From: the human T2T-CHM13v2.0 reference genome, Homo sapiens | Direction: 5' to 3' (one strand) | Length of the DNA: 64,000 nucleotides | Assembly (NCBI RefSeq): GCF_009914755.1 | Contig: NC_060932.1 | Shown here: piece after piece, positions 28,820-43,700 of the stretch | How the letters are laid out: each line of letters starts with the position of its first letter | How positions within the stretch are numbered: position 1 is the first letter of the stretch | The notes under the pieces: model-generated | Told to the model about the DNA's origin: nothing | The model's input: only the letters and a program-made list of their open reading frames with translations | The model's database searches: none | Translations under genes and position numbers: made by a program

Positions 28820-31800
28820 GGAAACCTCTTTTCATAGTAAATGTGAAGAAACATTTGGAAGCCTGTTGAGGCCTACAGTGAAAAACCGAATATCCCTTGG
28901 TAAAAACTAGAAAGAAGCTATCTGTGAAATGCTTTGTGATGTGAGGGTTCATCTCACAGAGGTAAACCTTCTTTTGATTAGCAGGTTGAAAACCCTCTTT
29001 TTGTAGAATCTGCGAAGTGACATTGGGAGCCCAATTAACTTTATTGTGTAAAACCAAACATCCCCAGATGAAAACTAGAAAGTAGCTAACTGTAAAACTG
29101 CTTTGTTATGTGTGGATTCATCCAACAGAGTTAAACCTTTCTTTTGATTGAGCAGGTTGGATACACTTTTTTTTTTGTAGAATCTGTGAAAAGACATTTG
29201 GGAGCCTATTGAGGTCTATGGTGTAAAACAGTATATCCCCAAATAAAAACTATGAATAAGTTACCTGTGAAACTCTTTTGTCATGTGTGGATTCATCACA
29301 CAGAGTTAATAATTTCTTTTAATTCTGCATGTTGGAAACACTGTATTAGTATAATCAGCATAGGGACATTTGGAATCTCATTGAGGCCTATGTTGAAAAA
29401 CCAAATAACTCCAAATAAAAACTAGAAAGAAGCTGTCTGTGAAACTCCTTTGTGACGAGTGGATTCATCTCACAGAGGTAAACCCTTATTTTGATTCAAC
29501 AGGTGGGTAACACTCTTTTTGTAGTAAATGTGAAGGGACATTCGGGACCCCATTATTCCTGGAGAGAAGTTATCTGTGAAATGGCTTTTTGATGTGAGGA
29601 TTCATTCCACAAGGTTAAACCTTACTTTTGATTAGCAGGTTGGAGACGCTGTTTTAGTAGAATATATGAATGGACATTTGGGAGCCCACTGAGGCACATG
29701 GTGTAAAACTAACTATCCTTAAATAAAAACTGGAAAGAAGCTATCTATAAAACTGCATTGTGATGTGTAGATTCATCTCACGGTGTTAAATCTTTATTTG
29801 GATTTAGCTGGTTGGAAACCCTTTTTTTTGAAAGATCTGTGAAGGGATATGTGGGAACCCATTGAGGCCTGTGGTGAAAAACCAAATATTTCCAGATAAA
29901 AACTAGAAAGAAGCTGTTTGTGAAGTTGGTTTGTCATGTGGGGATTTGTCTCAGAGTTTACCATTTTTGTGATTTGGCAGGTTGGAAATACTTTATTTGT
30001 AGAATCAGCAAAGGGACATTTGGAGACCATTGAGGCCTAGGGTGTAAAACAGAATATCCACAGATAAAAAGTAAAAAGCCCCTGTCTTTAAAATGGTTTG
30101 TGATGTGTGGATTCATCTCAGGCAGTTAACTTTATTTTTGATTAACAGGTTGGAAACACTCTTTTTATGGAATGTGCCAAGGGACATTTGTGAGCCTTTT
30201 GAGTCCTATGGTGAAAAAAGGAATATCCCAAGAAGAAAACTAAAAAGAAGCTATCTGTGAAAATGATTTGTGACATGTGGATTCATCTCACACAGTTAAA
30301 TTGTTCTTTTGATTCAGCTGGTTGGAAACTTTTTTTTGTAGAATCTGCAAAGGGATATTTGGGAGCCTATTGAGGTCAGTACTAAAAAAACAAATATCCC
30401 AACATAAAAACTAGAAAAAAAGCAATCAGTGATATTTATTTTTGATTTGTGAATTTATCTCACACAGTTAAACCTTTGTTTATATTCAGCAGGTTGGAAT
30501 CACAGGGACATTTGGGAGCCCATTGAGGCCTATGGTGAAAAACTGAATATTCTCAGATAAAAACAAGAAAGAAGCCATTTGTGAAACTGCTTTATGATGT
30601 GTGGATTCATCTCACAGAATTACACTTTGATTTTGATTGAGCAGGCTGCAAACACTCTTTTTGTAGAATTTGCAAAGGGACATTCTGGAGAGTTTTTAGG
30701 CCTCTGGTGAAAAACTGAATATCCCAAAATCAAAATTAGAAAGAAGCCATCTGTGAAACTGGTTTGTTATGTCTGCATTCATCCCACAAATTTTCCCCTT
30801 CCTTTTGACTCAGTACTTTGGAAACACTCTATTTGTAGAATCTGTGAAGAAACATTTGAAAGCCCATTGAGGCCTGTGATGAAAAACAAAATATCTCCAG
30901 ATAAACACCAGAAAGAATCTATCTGTGAAACTGCTTTGTGGTATGTGGATTCATCTCACAGAGTTAAACCTGTCTTAAGTTTCAGCTGGTTGAAGAAACT
31001 CTTTTTTTTAAAATCTGCAAAGGGATATTAAAAGCTCATTGAGGTTTTGCTTGAAAAACTGAATATCCCCAGGAAAACTAGAAAGATGATATCTTGGAAA
31101 CTGCTTCAGATTTGTGGACTCATCCAACACAATTAAACATTTCTTTTGATTCAGAAGGTTGTAAACACATATTTTGTAGTATCTGTGAAGGGATATTTGG
31201 GAGCCCATTGAAGCACATGGTGAAATACTGAACATCCTCAGATAAAAACTAGAAAGAAACTATCTGTGAAACTGCTTTGTGATGTGTAAATTGATGTCAC
31301 AGATGTAAACTTTTCCATTGATTCAGCAAGTTTTAAACACTCTTTTTTGGAATCTACAAATAGATATTTGAAAGCTCATTAAGGCCTACAGGAAAAAACT
31401 GAACATCCCCAGATTAAAACTAGCAAGAAGCTATCTGTGAAACTGCTTTTTGATGTTTGAGTTCATCTCACAGACTTAAACCTTTCCTTTGATTCAGCAG
31501 GTTGGAAAAACCTTCTTGTAGAATTTGCAAAGTGACATTTGGGAATCCTTTGATGCCTGTGGTTAAAAAACAAAATATCTTCAGTTTAAAACCAGAAACA
31601 AGCTGTGTGTGAAACTGCTTTGTGATGTGTATACTCATCTCACAGAGTCAAGTATTTCTTTTGATTCAGCAGGTTGGAAACATTCTTTTTTAAAAACCTG
31701 TGAGGAAACTTTTGAGAACCCTTTGTTACCCATGGTGAAAAACTGAATATCTTCAGTTAAAATCTAGGAAGAAGCTACCTGTGAAACTGCCTTTCGATGT

Positions 31801-34800
31801 ATGGATTCACCTTAAAAATTTACACTTTCCTTTTGTTGAGCACTTTGGAAAACTCTTTTTGAAGAAACTAGGAAGAGACATTTTGGAGCACATTATTTCC
31901 TATGGTTAAAATGCAAACATCCCTAGATAAAAACTAGAAAGAAGCTATGTGTGAAACTGCTTTGTGATGTGTGGATCCATCTAACATTGTTAAACATTTC
32001 TTTTGATTCAGCAGATTGCAAACACTCTTTTTGGAGAATCTGCAAAAAGAAATTTGCAAACCCATTGATGCCTGTGGTGAAAAACCAAATATACCCAGAA
32101 AAAAATTAGAAATAAGCTATTTCTGAAATTGCTGTCTGATGTGTGGATTCATCTCACAGAGGCAAACCTTTTTTTCTTTATTCAGCAGGTTGGAAACACT
32201 CTTTTTGTAGAATATGTGAAAAAACTTTTGGGATCCCATCAATGCCTTTGGTTAAAAACAGAATATCTCCAGATAAAAACTAGAAAGAAGCTATCTGTGA
32301 AACTTCTATGTGATGTGTGGAGTCATGTCACAGAGTTCAAACCTTCTTTTCATTCAGCAGGTTAGAAACACTTTTTTTGTAGAATCTGGGTAAGGACATT
32401 TGGCAGTGCATTGAGGCCTATGGTGAAAAACTGAATATCCACACAGAAAAAGTAGAAAGAAGCTATCTGGGAAAGTACTTTGTGATGTGTGCATTGATCT
32501 GTCAGAGATAAACCTTTCTTTTCATTTAGCAGGTTGGTAGGTAACACTTTTTTTTGTAGAATCTGTGAAGGGACATTTGGGAGTCCATTGAGGGTAGGGT
32601 GAAAAACGGAATGTCCCCAAATAAAAACTTGAAAGAAGCTATCTGTGAAACAGCTTTGTGGTGTTTGGATTTATCTCAAAGAGCTATACCTTTCTTTTGA
32701 TTCAGCCAGTTGAAAACAGTCTTTTTCTAGAATCTGTGAAAGGACATTTTGGAGCCCATTGAGGCCTATGGTTAAAAACCAAATATATGCAGATAGAAAC
32801 TACAAAGAAGCTAACTGTGAAACTGCCTTCTGATGTGTGGATTCATCTTAAGGAGGTAATATTTTTTTGATTCAGCAGGTGGGAAACACTGTTTTTTAGA
32901 ATCTGTGACAAACATTTGGGATGAAATTTAGGCCTATCATTAAAAACAGAATATCCCCAGATGAAAACTACAAAGAAACTATCTGTGAAACTGCTTTCTG
33001 ATGTATAGATTCATCTCACAGAGTTAAACTTTTTTGTTGATTCAGCAGTTTGAAAACGCTTTTTTTTGTGGAATATATGAAGGGACATTTGAACATCCAC
33101 TGAGGCCTATGGTGGAAAACCAAATATCCCCAGATAAAAACTGGAAAGAATCTATCTGTGAAACTGCTTTGTAATGTTTGGATTTATCTCACAAAGTTAA
33201 ATCTATCTTTAGATTCAGTATGTTAGAAGCAATCTTTTTTTAGAATCTGTGAAGGGACATTTGGAAGCTCATTGTGGCCTACCATTAAAAACCAAATATT
33301 CTCAGATAAATAGTAGAAAGAAGCTGTCTTTGAAACTGTTTTGTGATGTGTTTGTTCATCTAAAAGAGTTAAAGCTTTCTTTTGATTTAGCCGATTGGAA
33401 ACACTCTTTTTGTAGAATCTGCAAAGGGACATTTTGGAGCCCATTGGTGCCTATGGTGAAAAACGGAATATCCACAGATAAAAACTAGAAAGAAGCTATC
33501 TGTCAAACGGCTCTGTGATGTGTGGATTCATGTCCCAGAGTGAAAACTTTCTTTTGATTCAGCAGGCAGGAATCTCTTTTTTTAAATAGAATCTGCAAAG
33601 GGACATTTTGGAGCTTAGTGAGGTTTATAATGAAAAACAAAATATGTTCTGCCCCTAGAACAACTAGAAAGAAGCTATCTATGAAATTGCTTTGTGTTGT
33701 GTGGATATATCTTACAAAGATAAACATTATTTTTTTGATTCAGCAGGTTGTGAACACTTTTTTTGTAGAATCTGTGAAGGGATATTTAGGGACATGTTGA
33801 GACCTGTGGTGAAAAGCCAAATATCCCCAGATAAAAACTAGAAAGAAGCTCTCTGTGAAACTGCTTTGTGATGTGTGAATTCACATCGCAGAGTTAAAAC
33901 TTCATTTTGATTCAGAAGGAGGGAAACACTTTTTTTTTTTGCAGAATCTAAGGGACATTTGGGAGCTTGTTGTGGCCTCTGGTGAAAAACTGAATATTCC
34001 CACATAAAAACTAGACAGAAGCTATCTGTGAAACTGCTTTCTGAAGTGTGGTTTCACCTCAAGGAGTTAAACATTTCTATTGATTCAGCAGGTTGGAAAC
34101 ACTCTTCAGGCAAAATACATGAAGGGACATTTGGAAGCCTATTGTGGCCTGTGGTGAAAAACCAAAAATCTCCAGATAAAAATGAAATGTATATGAAACT
34201 GATTTTTGATGCGTGAATTCATCTCACAGAGTCAAAATTTTCTTTTGATTCAGCACGTTTGGAAACACCATTTTGGTAAAATCTGCAAAGGGAAATTTGG
34301 GAGCCCATTAAGGTCTAGGATGAAAAAAAGAATTTCCATATATAAAAAATAGAAATAAGCTATCTGTGAAAGTGCTTTGTGGTGTGTGGCTTCATCTCAC
34401 AGAGATAAAACTTTATTTTGATTCAGCAGGTTGGAAAAATTTTTGTAGTGAAACTTCTTTGTGATGAGTGGATTCACCTCATCGAGTTAAACCTTACTTT
34501 TGATTCAGCAGGTTGGAAACACTATTTTTGTAGGAACTGCAAAGGGACACTAGGGTGCCATTTAGTCCAATGTTGAAAAATTGAATATCCCCAGATATAA
34601 ACTAGAAAGAAGCTATCTGTGAAACTGCTTTGTTATGTGTGGATTCATCTCACAGAGTTAAACCTTTATTTTGATTCAGGAGAGCAGAAACATTCATGTA
34701 TAACCCACAATGGGACATTTGGGAACCTATTGAATCCTGTGGTGAAAAACTGACTATCTCCAGATAAAAACTAGAAGAACTATCCGTGAAACTGCTTTAT

Positions 34801-37800
34801 TATGTGTGGATTCATTTCACAGGTTTAAGCCATTCTTTTATTCAGCAGTGCAGAAACGTTACTCTGTGGAATCTGCAAAGGAACATTTTGGAGCCCATTA
34901 AAACCTATGGTGAAAAACTGAATATCCCCAGATAAAAAATAGGAAGAAGCTATCTGTGAAACTGTTTGTGATATGTGGATTCATCTTATAGAGTTAAATT
35001 TCTTTTTATTGAAAAGTTTGGAAACATTCTTTTTGTAGAATCTGTGAAGGGATATTTTGGAGATTATTGAGGCCTATGGTGAAAAACAGCATATCACAAT
35101 ATAAAAACTAGAAAGAAACTGTCTGTGAAACTGCTTTCTGATGTGTGGATTCAACTCACAGCATTAAACTTTTCTTTTGATTGACCAGGTAAAAAACACT
35201 TTTTTTTTGTGGAATCTGTGAAGTGACATTTTGGAGCCCACTGTGGCCTACAGTGAAAAACCAAATATCCTTAGATAAAAACTAGAAAGAAGCTGTGTTT
35301 GTAATGGCTCTGTGATGTGTGGATTCATGTCCTAGAGTGAAAACTTTCTTTTGATTCAACAGGCTGGACACTCTTTTTTAGTATTATCTTTGAAGGAACA
35401 TTTTGATATCTAACGAGGCCTATGGTGAAAAACCAAATATTCCCTGTCATAAACTAGAAAGAAGCTATCTATGAAACTGCTTTGTGATGTGTGGAATGCA
35501 TATTCCACAGACAAACCTTTCTTTTGATTCAGCAGGTTGTTAACACTCTTTCAGTAGAATCTGCAATGGGATACTTGGGAGGCCTTAGATGCTTATGGTT
35601 AAAAAAAAAACTAGAAACTGTCTATGGAACGGCTTTGTGATGTGTGGATTTATCTCACAGAGTTAAACGTTTCTATTTATTAAGGGGTTTGGAAAAACTT
35701 TTTTTGTAGAATCTATGAAGAGACATTTGGGAGCCCTTTAATTATTGTGGTTAAAAAGAGAATGTCCTCAGTTAAACACTAGAAACAAACTATCTGTGAA
35801 ACTGCTTTGTGATGTGTATATTCATCTCACAGAGTTAAACATTGCTTTTGGTTAAGCAGGTTGGAAAATTTTTTTTTAAAACTTGTGAGAGAAACTTTTG
35901 AGACTCATTTATGCCCACGGTGAAAAACAGAATATCTTCAGATAGAAAATACAAAGAAGCTATCTGTGAACCTGCCTTGTGGTGTATGAATTCGTCTTAC
36001 AGAGTTAACCCTTCCTTTTTGTTGAGCAGGTTGGAAACCCTCCTTTTGTAGAATCTGTGAAGTGATATTTTGGAGCCCATTGTTTCCTTTGGTTAAAAAG
36101 CGAAAATCCCCAGATAAAAACTAGAAAGAAGCTACGTGTTAAACTGCTTTGTGATCTGTGGATTCATCTCCACATGAATTACACTTTTCTTTTAATGTGG
36201 CAGGTTCCAAACACTCTTTTTGTAGAATCTGTGAAAGGAAATTTGGGGGCACATTGACACCTATGGTTTAAAACCAATTATACCCAGATGAAAAGTAGAA
36301 AAAAGCTATCACTGAAATTGTTTTGTGATGTGTAGATTAATTTCACAGAGGCAAACTTTTGTTGTTTCAGCAGGTTGTAAACACTCTTTTTGTAGAATCT
36401 GCAAATAAACATTTGGAATCCCATCTAGGCCTATGGTGAAAAAGAGAATATCTCCTGATAAAAACTAGAAAGAAGCTATCTGAAAAACTGCTTTGTGATG
36501 TGTGGATTTATTTCACAGAGTTAAAACTTTTTTGGTTGAGCAGGTTGGAAACACTATTTTTGTAGAAATTGTGAAGGCACATTTGGGAACCCATTGAAGC
36601 CTATTGTGAAAATCCAAATACTCCCAGATAAAAACTAGAAAGATGCTCTCTGTGAAACTGCTTTGTGATGTCTTCATTCATCTCATACAGTTAAGTATTA
36701 CTTTTGATTCAGCAGGTTGGAAACACTCTTTTGAAGAATCTGCAATCAGACATTTTGGAGGGCTACAGTGAAAAACCTAATATCCACAGATTAAAACTGG
36801 AAAAACTCTATCTGTGAAACTACTTGGTGGTTTGTGGATTCATCTACAGAGTGAAACCTTTCTATTGATTTAGCAGGCTGGCAACACTCTTTTTGTAGAC
36901 TCTGCCATGGGTCATTTGGAAGCCCTTTGAATCCAACAATGAAAATGCGAATATCTCCAGACAAAAACTAAAAAGAAGATCTCTGTGAAACTGCTCTGTG
37001 ATGTGTAGATTCATCTCACGGATTTAAACCTTTCTTTTGATTTAGCGGATTGGAAACACTCTTTTTGTAGAATCTATAAAAAGACATTTGGGAGGCCTTC
37101 GAGGTCTGTAATGAAAATAAATCCTCATATAAAAACTAGAAAGAAGGTATTGTGAAACTGCTTTGTAATGTCTGCAATCAACACACAGAGATAAAACTTT
37201 CTTTTGATTCAGCAGATTGGAAGAACTCTTTTTGCAGAATCTGTGAAGGGACATTTGAAACTCCATTGAGAGCTATGGTGAATAACAAATTAGCCCCAAA
37301 TAAAAACAAGAAAGAAACTATCTGTGAAACTCCTTTCTGTTGCATAGGTTCATCTCACAGAGTTAAACCTTTGTTTTGTTTTAGCAGGCTGAAAATGCTC
37401 TTTTTGTAACCTCTGTGAAGGGACATCAGGAAGCCCACTGGGAGGCCTATGGTGAAAACCCACCTATTCCCGGATAAAACTAGAAAGAAGCTACCTGGGA
37501 AACTGTTTTGTGATGCATGGATTCATCTCACAGAGTTAGAACTTTTTTTGATTCAGCAGGTTGGAAACCCTCTTTTTGTAGAATCAGTAAAGGAACATTC
37601 ATGTTCCCTATCATGAAAAACTGATATCTCAAGATAAAAAACAGAAAGAAGCTATCTGTGAATCTTCCTTCTCATGCGCAGAATACTCGCACAGAGTTAA
37701 AACTTTATTTTGATTTAGCACGTTGGAAACACTCTTTTTGTAGAATCTGCGAAGGTACATTTGAAAGCCCATTGAGGCCTATGGTGAAAAACTGAATATC

Positions 37801-40233
37801 CCCAGAGAAAAACTGGAAAGAAGCTACAGGTGCAACTGCTTTGTGATGTGTCAATTCATCTCACAAACTAAAAGTTTTCTTTGGGTTGAGCAGGTTGGAA
37901 ACACTCTTTTTGTAGAATCTGCAAAGGGACATTTGGGAGCCCATTTAGGACTATGGTGAAAATCTGAACATCTTCAGATAAAAACTGGAAAGAAGCTATC
38001 TGTGAAATTGCTTTGTGATGTTTGGATTCATCTCAAACAGATACATACTTCCTTAGATTCAGCAGGTTGGAAACTTTTTTTGTAGAATCTGAGAATGGAC
38101 ACTTGGGAGCCCCTTGTGACCTATAGTGAATTAAGATTTTCCCCAGATAGAAACTAGAAGGAAGCTATCTGTGAAACTGCTTTGTGATGCCTCTATTCAT
38201 CTCACAGTGTTAAACCATTTTTTGATTCAGCTGGTTGGAAACAATCCTTTTATGGAATCTGTGAAGGGACATCTTGGATCTCATAAAAACTTTGGTGAAA
38301 AATACTATTTTTTGCAGAATCTGCAAATGGATATTTGGGTGCCCTTGTGGCCTATAGTGAATTAAGAATATCCCCAGATAGAAACTAGAAAGAAGCTGTC
38401 TGTGAAACTGCTTTATGACGTGTCTGTTCATCTTACAGAGTTAAACCATTTTTTCACTTAGCAGGTTGGAAACACTCTTTTTGTAGAATCTGTGAAGGGA
38501 CATTTGGGAGCCCATAAAAATTTTGGTGAAAAACTGAATGTCTCCAGATGAAAACTAAAAAGAAGCTATCTGTGAAACTGCTTTGTGATGTGTGGATTCA
38601 CCTCATGGAGCTAAACCTTTCTTTTTATTCAACAGGTTTTTACCTCTATTTTTGTAGAAGCTGTGAAAGGACATTTTGGAGCCCATTGAGGCCTATAGTG
38701 AAAAACAAAAATCCCCAGATAAAAACTAGAAACAATCTACCTGGGAAACAGCTTGGTGATACGTGGATTCATCTCACATAGTTAAACCTTTCCTTTGATT
38801 CAGCAGGTTGGAGACACTCTTTTTGTAGAATGTTTGAAGAAATATTTATGAGTCCACTGAGGCCTATGGTGAAAAATTGAATATCCCCAGACAAAAACTA
38901 GAAGAAAGCTATATGTGAAACTGCTTTTTAATGTGTGAATTCATCTGAGAGAGGTAAAACTTTATCATAATTCAGCAAGATGGAAACACTCTCTTTGATG
39001 AATCTGAAAATGGGCATTTTGGGGCCCATTGAGGCCTATGGTGAAAAACCGAATATCACCAGATAAACTCTAAAAGAAGCTCTCTGTGAAACTGCTTTGT
39101 GAAGTGTAAATTCATCTGACATAGTTAAACGTTTCTTTTGATTCTGTGCATTGGAAAAACTCTTTTTGTAGAATCTGTGAAGGGACATTTGGGAACCCTA
39201 TTAGGCCTAAGGTTAAAAACTGAATATCCCTACATAAAAACTAGAAAGAAGCTATATATGAAACTGCTTCATGATGTGTGGATTCACCTCACAATGAAAA
39301 AGCTCACATTTGATTCAGCAGGTTGGAAACACTCTTTTTGTAGAATCTGTGCAGGTACGTTTGTAAGCCCATTGAGACCTACTGTAAAAAAACTGAATTT
39401 ACCCACATAAAGACTGGAAAGAAGCTATCTGTGAAACTGATTTGTGATGTGCAGATTCATTAGATAGACTTAAGCCTTTTGATTCAGCAGATTGGAAACA
39501 CCCTCTTAGTATAACCTGCAAATGGACATTTAAGAGCCCATTGTGGCCTATTATCCCCATATAAAAACGAGAAAGAAGCTATCTATGAAACTGTTTGGAT
39601 ATGCATGGTTTCATCTCACAGAGTTAAACACATCTTTTGATTCAGCAGGTGGGAAACACTCTTCTTGCAGAATCTTGGAATGGACATTCGGGAGACCATT
39701 GAGGCTTAGGGTGAAAAACTAAATACTGAGAGATAAAAATTAGAGTGAAGCTATGTGTTAAACTGCTTTTGGATATCAGGATTCATCTCAGAGATTCAAC
39801 ATTTCCTTTGATTCAGCAGGTTGGAAACACTTTTTATTTGAATCTGTGAAGGGACATTCAGATCCCAGTGAATTTTATAGTGAAAAACTAAACTTTCCCT
39901 GATTAAATCTACAAAGAAGCCATCTGTGAAACCCTTTTGTGATGTGTGGATTCATTTCACAGAGGTAAAGCTTTCTTTTGATTCATAAAATTGGAAACAC
40001 TCTTTTTGTAGAATCTGCATGGGACATTTGGGAGCCCATTGAGGCATATGGTGAAAAACTGAATATTCACAAATAAATACTAGGAATAAGCTTTCTGTGA
40101 AAATGCTTCATGATGTGTGGATTCAACTCACAAATTTAACCCTTTCTTTTGATTCAGCATGTTGGTAAACACTCTTTTTGTGGAATCTGAGAAGGGACAT
40201 TTGGATGCTTATTGAGGTTTATGGTGAAAATCC
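28820..40233 (+). repeat. Diverged monomeric alpha satellite, layer A
   Basis: ~172-bp units with TATGGTGAAAAA and CAGGTTGGAAACACTC; several shortened units. Confidence 0.97.
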
Positions 40234-40799
40234 TGTTGGGGTGTGATCAGGCCACACCCCCAAATGTGGGTACCTTAAGTCCGGTGGTGACAAAGAATGA
40301 GAAAAGACTGGTTAAGAGTAAAAGCAGCTCCAGGGGGTCAGTTGCTAAAGTGAGGGCTGCAAAAGGCCCAGAACTCTGATTTCCTGACAATTTATTGAGT
40401 ACAATCTTTTGATCTAAGAGGCAGTTGGTATAGGGTAGAATGGTGAAGGAGTAGGGGTATGCCTCATTCTAAAGATCTATAGCAGTGGCAGTTATGTGAA
40501 TTTCCTTTAAGCTTAAAGCATATGTCTAACTATTAAGATAGACTTTAACTTATGGAGCTGCAGCTGGTGGGAATTGGTTTTACAAAGAGCCAGGATGTCT
40601 GGTCACATTCCAATGTTTCAAGGGAGTGTTTCAGGCCAGAGCATTCTGTGTAAAGCCACAGAGCAGGTCATGCTCACTGGTCTGGGGACACAAGGGTGGT
40701 CAGGAGATATTTCTCCTCAGGGGCCCCCTGTGGTGTTCCTTATGTGTCCTACACAGGGGTGACTGACTAAACTTGCACCCCATAAACTCTTCCACTACA
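40234..40799 (-). mobile_element. Solo LTR of the HERV-K LTR14 family (exact subfamily uncertain, LTR14B-like)
   Basis: 566 bp, TG...CA ends, minus-strand AATAAA; homologous to but distinct from the proviral LTRs (CAAGGGAGTGTT, TATAGCAGTGGC, CTTTAACTTAT shared); no TSD seen. Confidence 0.8.
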
Positions 40800-43700
40800 G
40801 AGTATCCCCAGAAAAAAACTAGAAATAAGTTATCTGAGAAACTGCTTTGTGACGTGTGGATTCATCTTACAGGGTTAAACCTTTCTTTTTATTCCCCAGT
40901 TTGGGAACACTGTTTTTGTAGAACCTGCGAAGAGACCCTTGGGGGCTCATTGATACACATGTTCAAAAAGAAAATATCCCCAGATAGAAACTAGAAAGAA
41001 GCTATCTTTGAAGCTGCTTTGTGATGTGTGGATTTGTCTCAGAATTACATCATTCCTTTGATTGAGCAGTTTGGAAACTCTGTTTTTGTACAATCTGCAA
41101 AGGGACATTTGGGAGCTCATTGAGGCCTATGGTGAAAAAGTGAGTATCCCCAGATACAAACTGAAAGAAGTTATTTGTGTAATGGCTTTATAATGTGTGG
41201 GTTCTTCTCATAGAGGTAAACCTTTCTTTTGATTCAGAAGGGTAGAAACAGTCTGATTGTAGAATGTGTGAAGGGATATTTGGGGGTGAATTGAGGCCTA
41301 CAGTGACAAAGAAAATTTCCCCAGATAAAAACCAAAAAGAAGCTGTCTTTGAAACTGCTTTGTGATGTGTGGATTCATCTCACAGAGTTAAAACTTTCTT
41401 TTCATTCAGCAGTTTGGAAACACTGTTTTTGTAGAATCTGTGAAGGGACAATTAGGAGTGCATTGAAATGTATGGTGCCAGTCCACATTTCCCCAGATGA
41501 AAATGAGAATGAAGCTATCAGTTAGACTGTCTTGTGATGTATGGATTCATGTCACAGAGTTTGGTAACATTATTTCTGTAGAACCTGTGAAGGAACATTT
41601 GGAACCTCACTAAGGCCCGTGATGACAAACTGAATATTTTCAGATAAAACTAGAAGCTATCTGTGAAACAATTTTGTGATGTGTGGATTCCTCTTGCAGA
41701 ATTAAGTATTTCTTTTGATTGAGCAGTTTGGAACACTGTTTGTGTAGAATCTGTGAAGAGACATTTGGCAGGTCATTGAGGTCCATGGTGAAAAAGGGAC
41801 TATCCCAAGGCAAAAACTAGAAAGACATTATCTGTCAAACCACTTTGTTATATGTGGATTCATCTCAGAGAGTTAAACCTTTCTTTTCATTCAGCAGTTT
41901 GAAGACACTGTTTTTGTAGAAACTGCAAAGGGGCATTTGGGGGTACATTGATTTCTATGGTGACAAACAGAATATCCCCAGATTGAAAGTAGAAAGAAGC
42001 TATCTGTGAAACTGCTTTGTGATGTGTGGATTCATCTCACAGAGTTATACCTTACTTTAGATATAAGAGTTTGGAAACACTATTTTTGTCAATCTGTGAA
42101 GGGACTTTTTGGAACTCATTGAGTCCTACAATGAAAAAGTGAATATCCCCAGATAAAAACTAGAAAGAAGCTATCTGAGAAGCTGCTTTCTGATTTGTGG
42201 ATTCATCTCACAGAGTTAAACCTTTCTCTTCATTTAGCAGTTTGGAAACACTGTTTTTGTAGAATCTGTGAAGAGATATTTGGTAGGTCACTGAGGCCTA
42301 TGGTGAAAAAGCAAATATCCGAAGATAAAAACTAGAAAGAAGTTATCTGTGAATCTGTGTTGTGATTTCTGGATTCATCACACAGAGGTAACACTTTCTT
42401 TTGATTCAGTAATTTGGAAACACTGTTTTTGTACAATCTGCGATGGGACATTTGGGAGCTCACAGAGGCCTACAGTGAAAATATGAATAACCCAAGATAA
42501 AAACTAAAAAGATGTTATCTGTGAAACTGCTTTGTGATATGTGGAATCATCTCATGTTAAACCTTTCTTTTGATTCAGGAGTTTGGAAGCACTGTTTTTG
42601 GTGAAACTGTGAAGGGACATTTGGGAATGCTTTGAGGCCTATGATGAAAAATCAAATATCCTCAGATGAAAAGTGGAAAGATGTTATCTGTGTAACTGCT
42701 TTGTAATTTTTGGATTCATCTCACAGAGTTAAAACGTGTTTTGATTCAGTCTGTTGGAAACAGTCCTTTTGTAGAATCTATGAAATGACATTTGGGAGTG
42801 CATTTATGTCTATAGTGACAAACAGAATATCCCCAGATTGAAACTAGAAAGAAGCTATCTGTGAAACTTTTTTGTGATATGTGGATTCACCTCACAGAGT
42901 TAAACATGCCTTTTGATTCTGGAGTTTGGAAACACTATTTTTGTAGAATCTGCAAAGGGACTTTTGGGAGCTCATTGAGTCCTACAATGAAAAACCAAAT
43001 ATCCACACATAAAAACTAGAAGGAAGCTATCGGTGAAATTACTTTGTGATTTGTGGATTCACCCCACAAAAATAAACCTTTCCTTTGATTCAGCAGTTTG
43101 GAAAGAGTGTTTTTGCAGAATATGCAAAGGGACATTTGGGATCACATTGGGGCCTATGGGGAAAAAGCGAGTATCCCCAGATTAAAACTACAAAGATATT
43201 ATAAGTGAAACTGGTTTGTGATGTGTGGATTCATCTCACAGAGGTAAACCTTTCTTTTCACTCAGCAGTTTGGAAACACTGTTTTTGTAGAATCTGCAAA
43301 GTGGCATTTAAGAGTGCATTGAGTCCTATGGTTAAAAAGTGAATATCTCCAGATAAAAGCTAGAAGAAATCTACCTGTGAATCTGCTTTGTGATGTGCGG
43401 ATTTTTCTCACAGAGTTAAACCTTTCTTTTGATTCAACAGTTTGAAAACTCTATTTTTGTAGAATCTGGCAAGGCACATTTGGGAGCTCATTGAGGCCTA
43501 TGGTAACAAACAGGATATCCGCAGATAAAAACCAAAAAGAAACTAACTGTGAAACCGCTTTATGATGCGTGGATTAATCTCACAGAGTTAAACCTTCCTT
43601 TTGATTCAGCAGTATGGAAACACTGTTTTTCTAGAATCTGCGATGGGAAAATTGGAATGTCATTGTGGCCTATGGTGAAAAAGCAAATATTCCCAGATAA

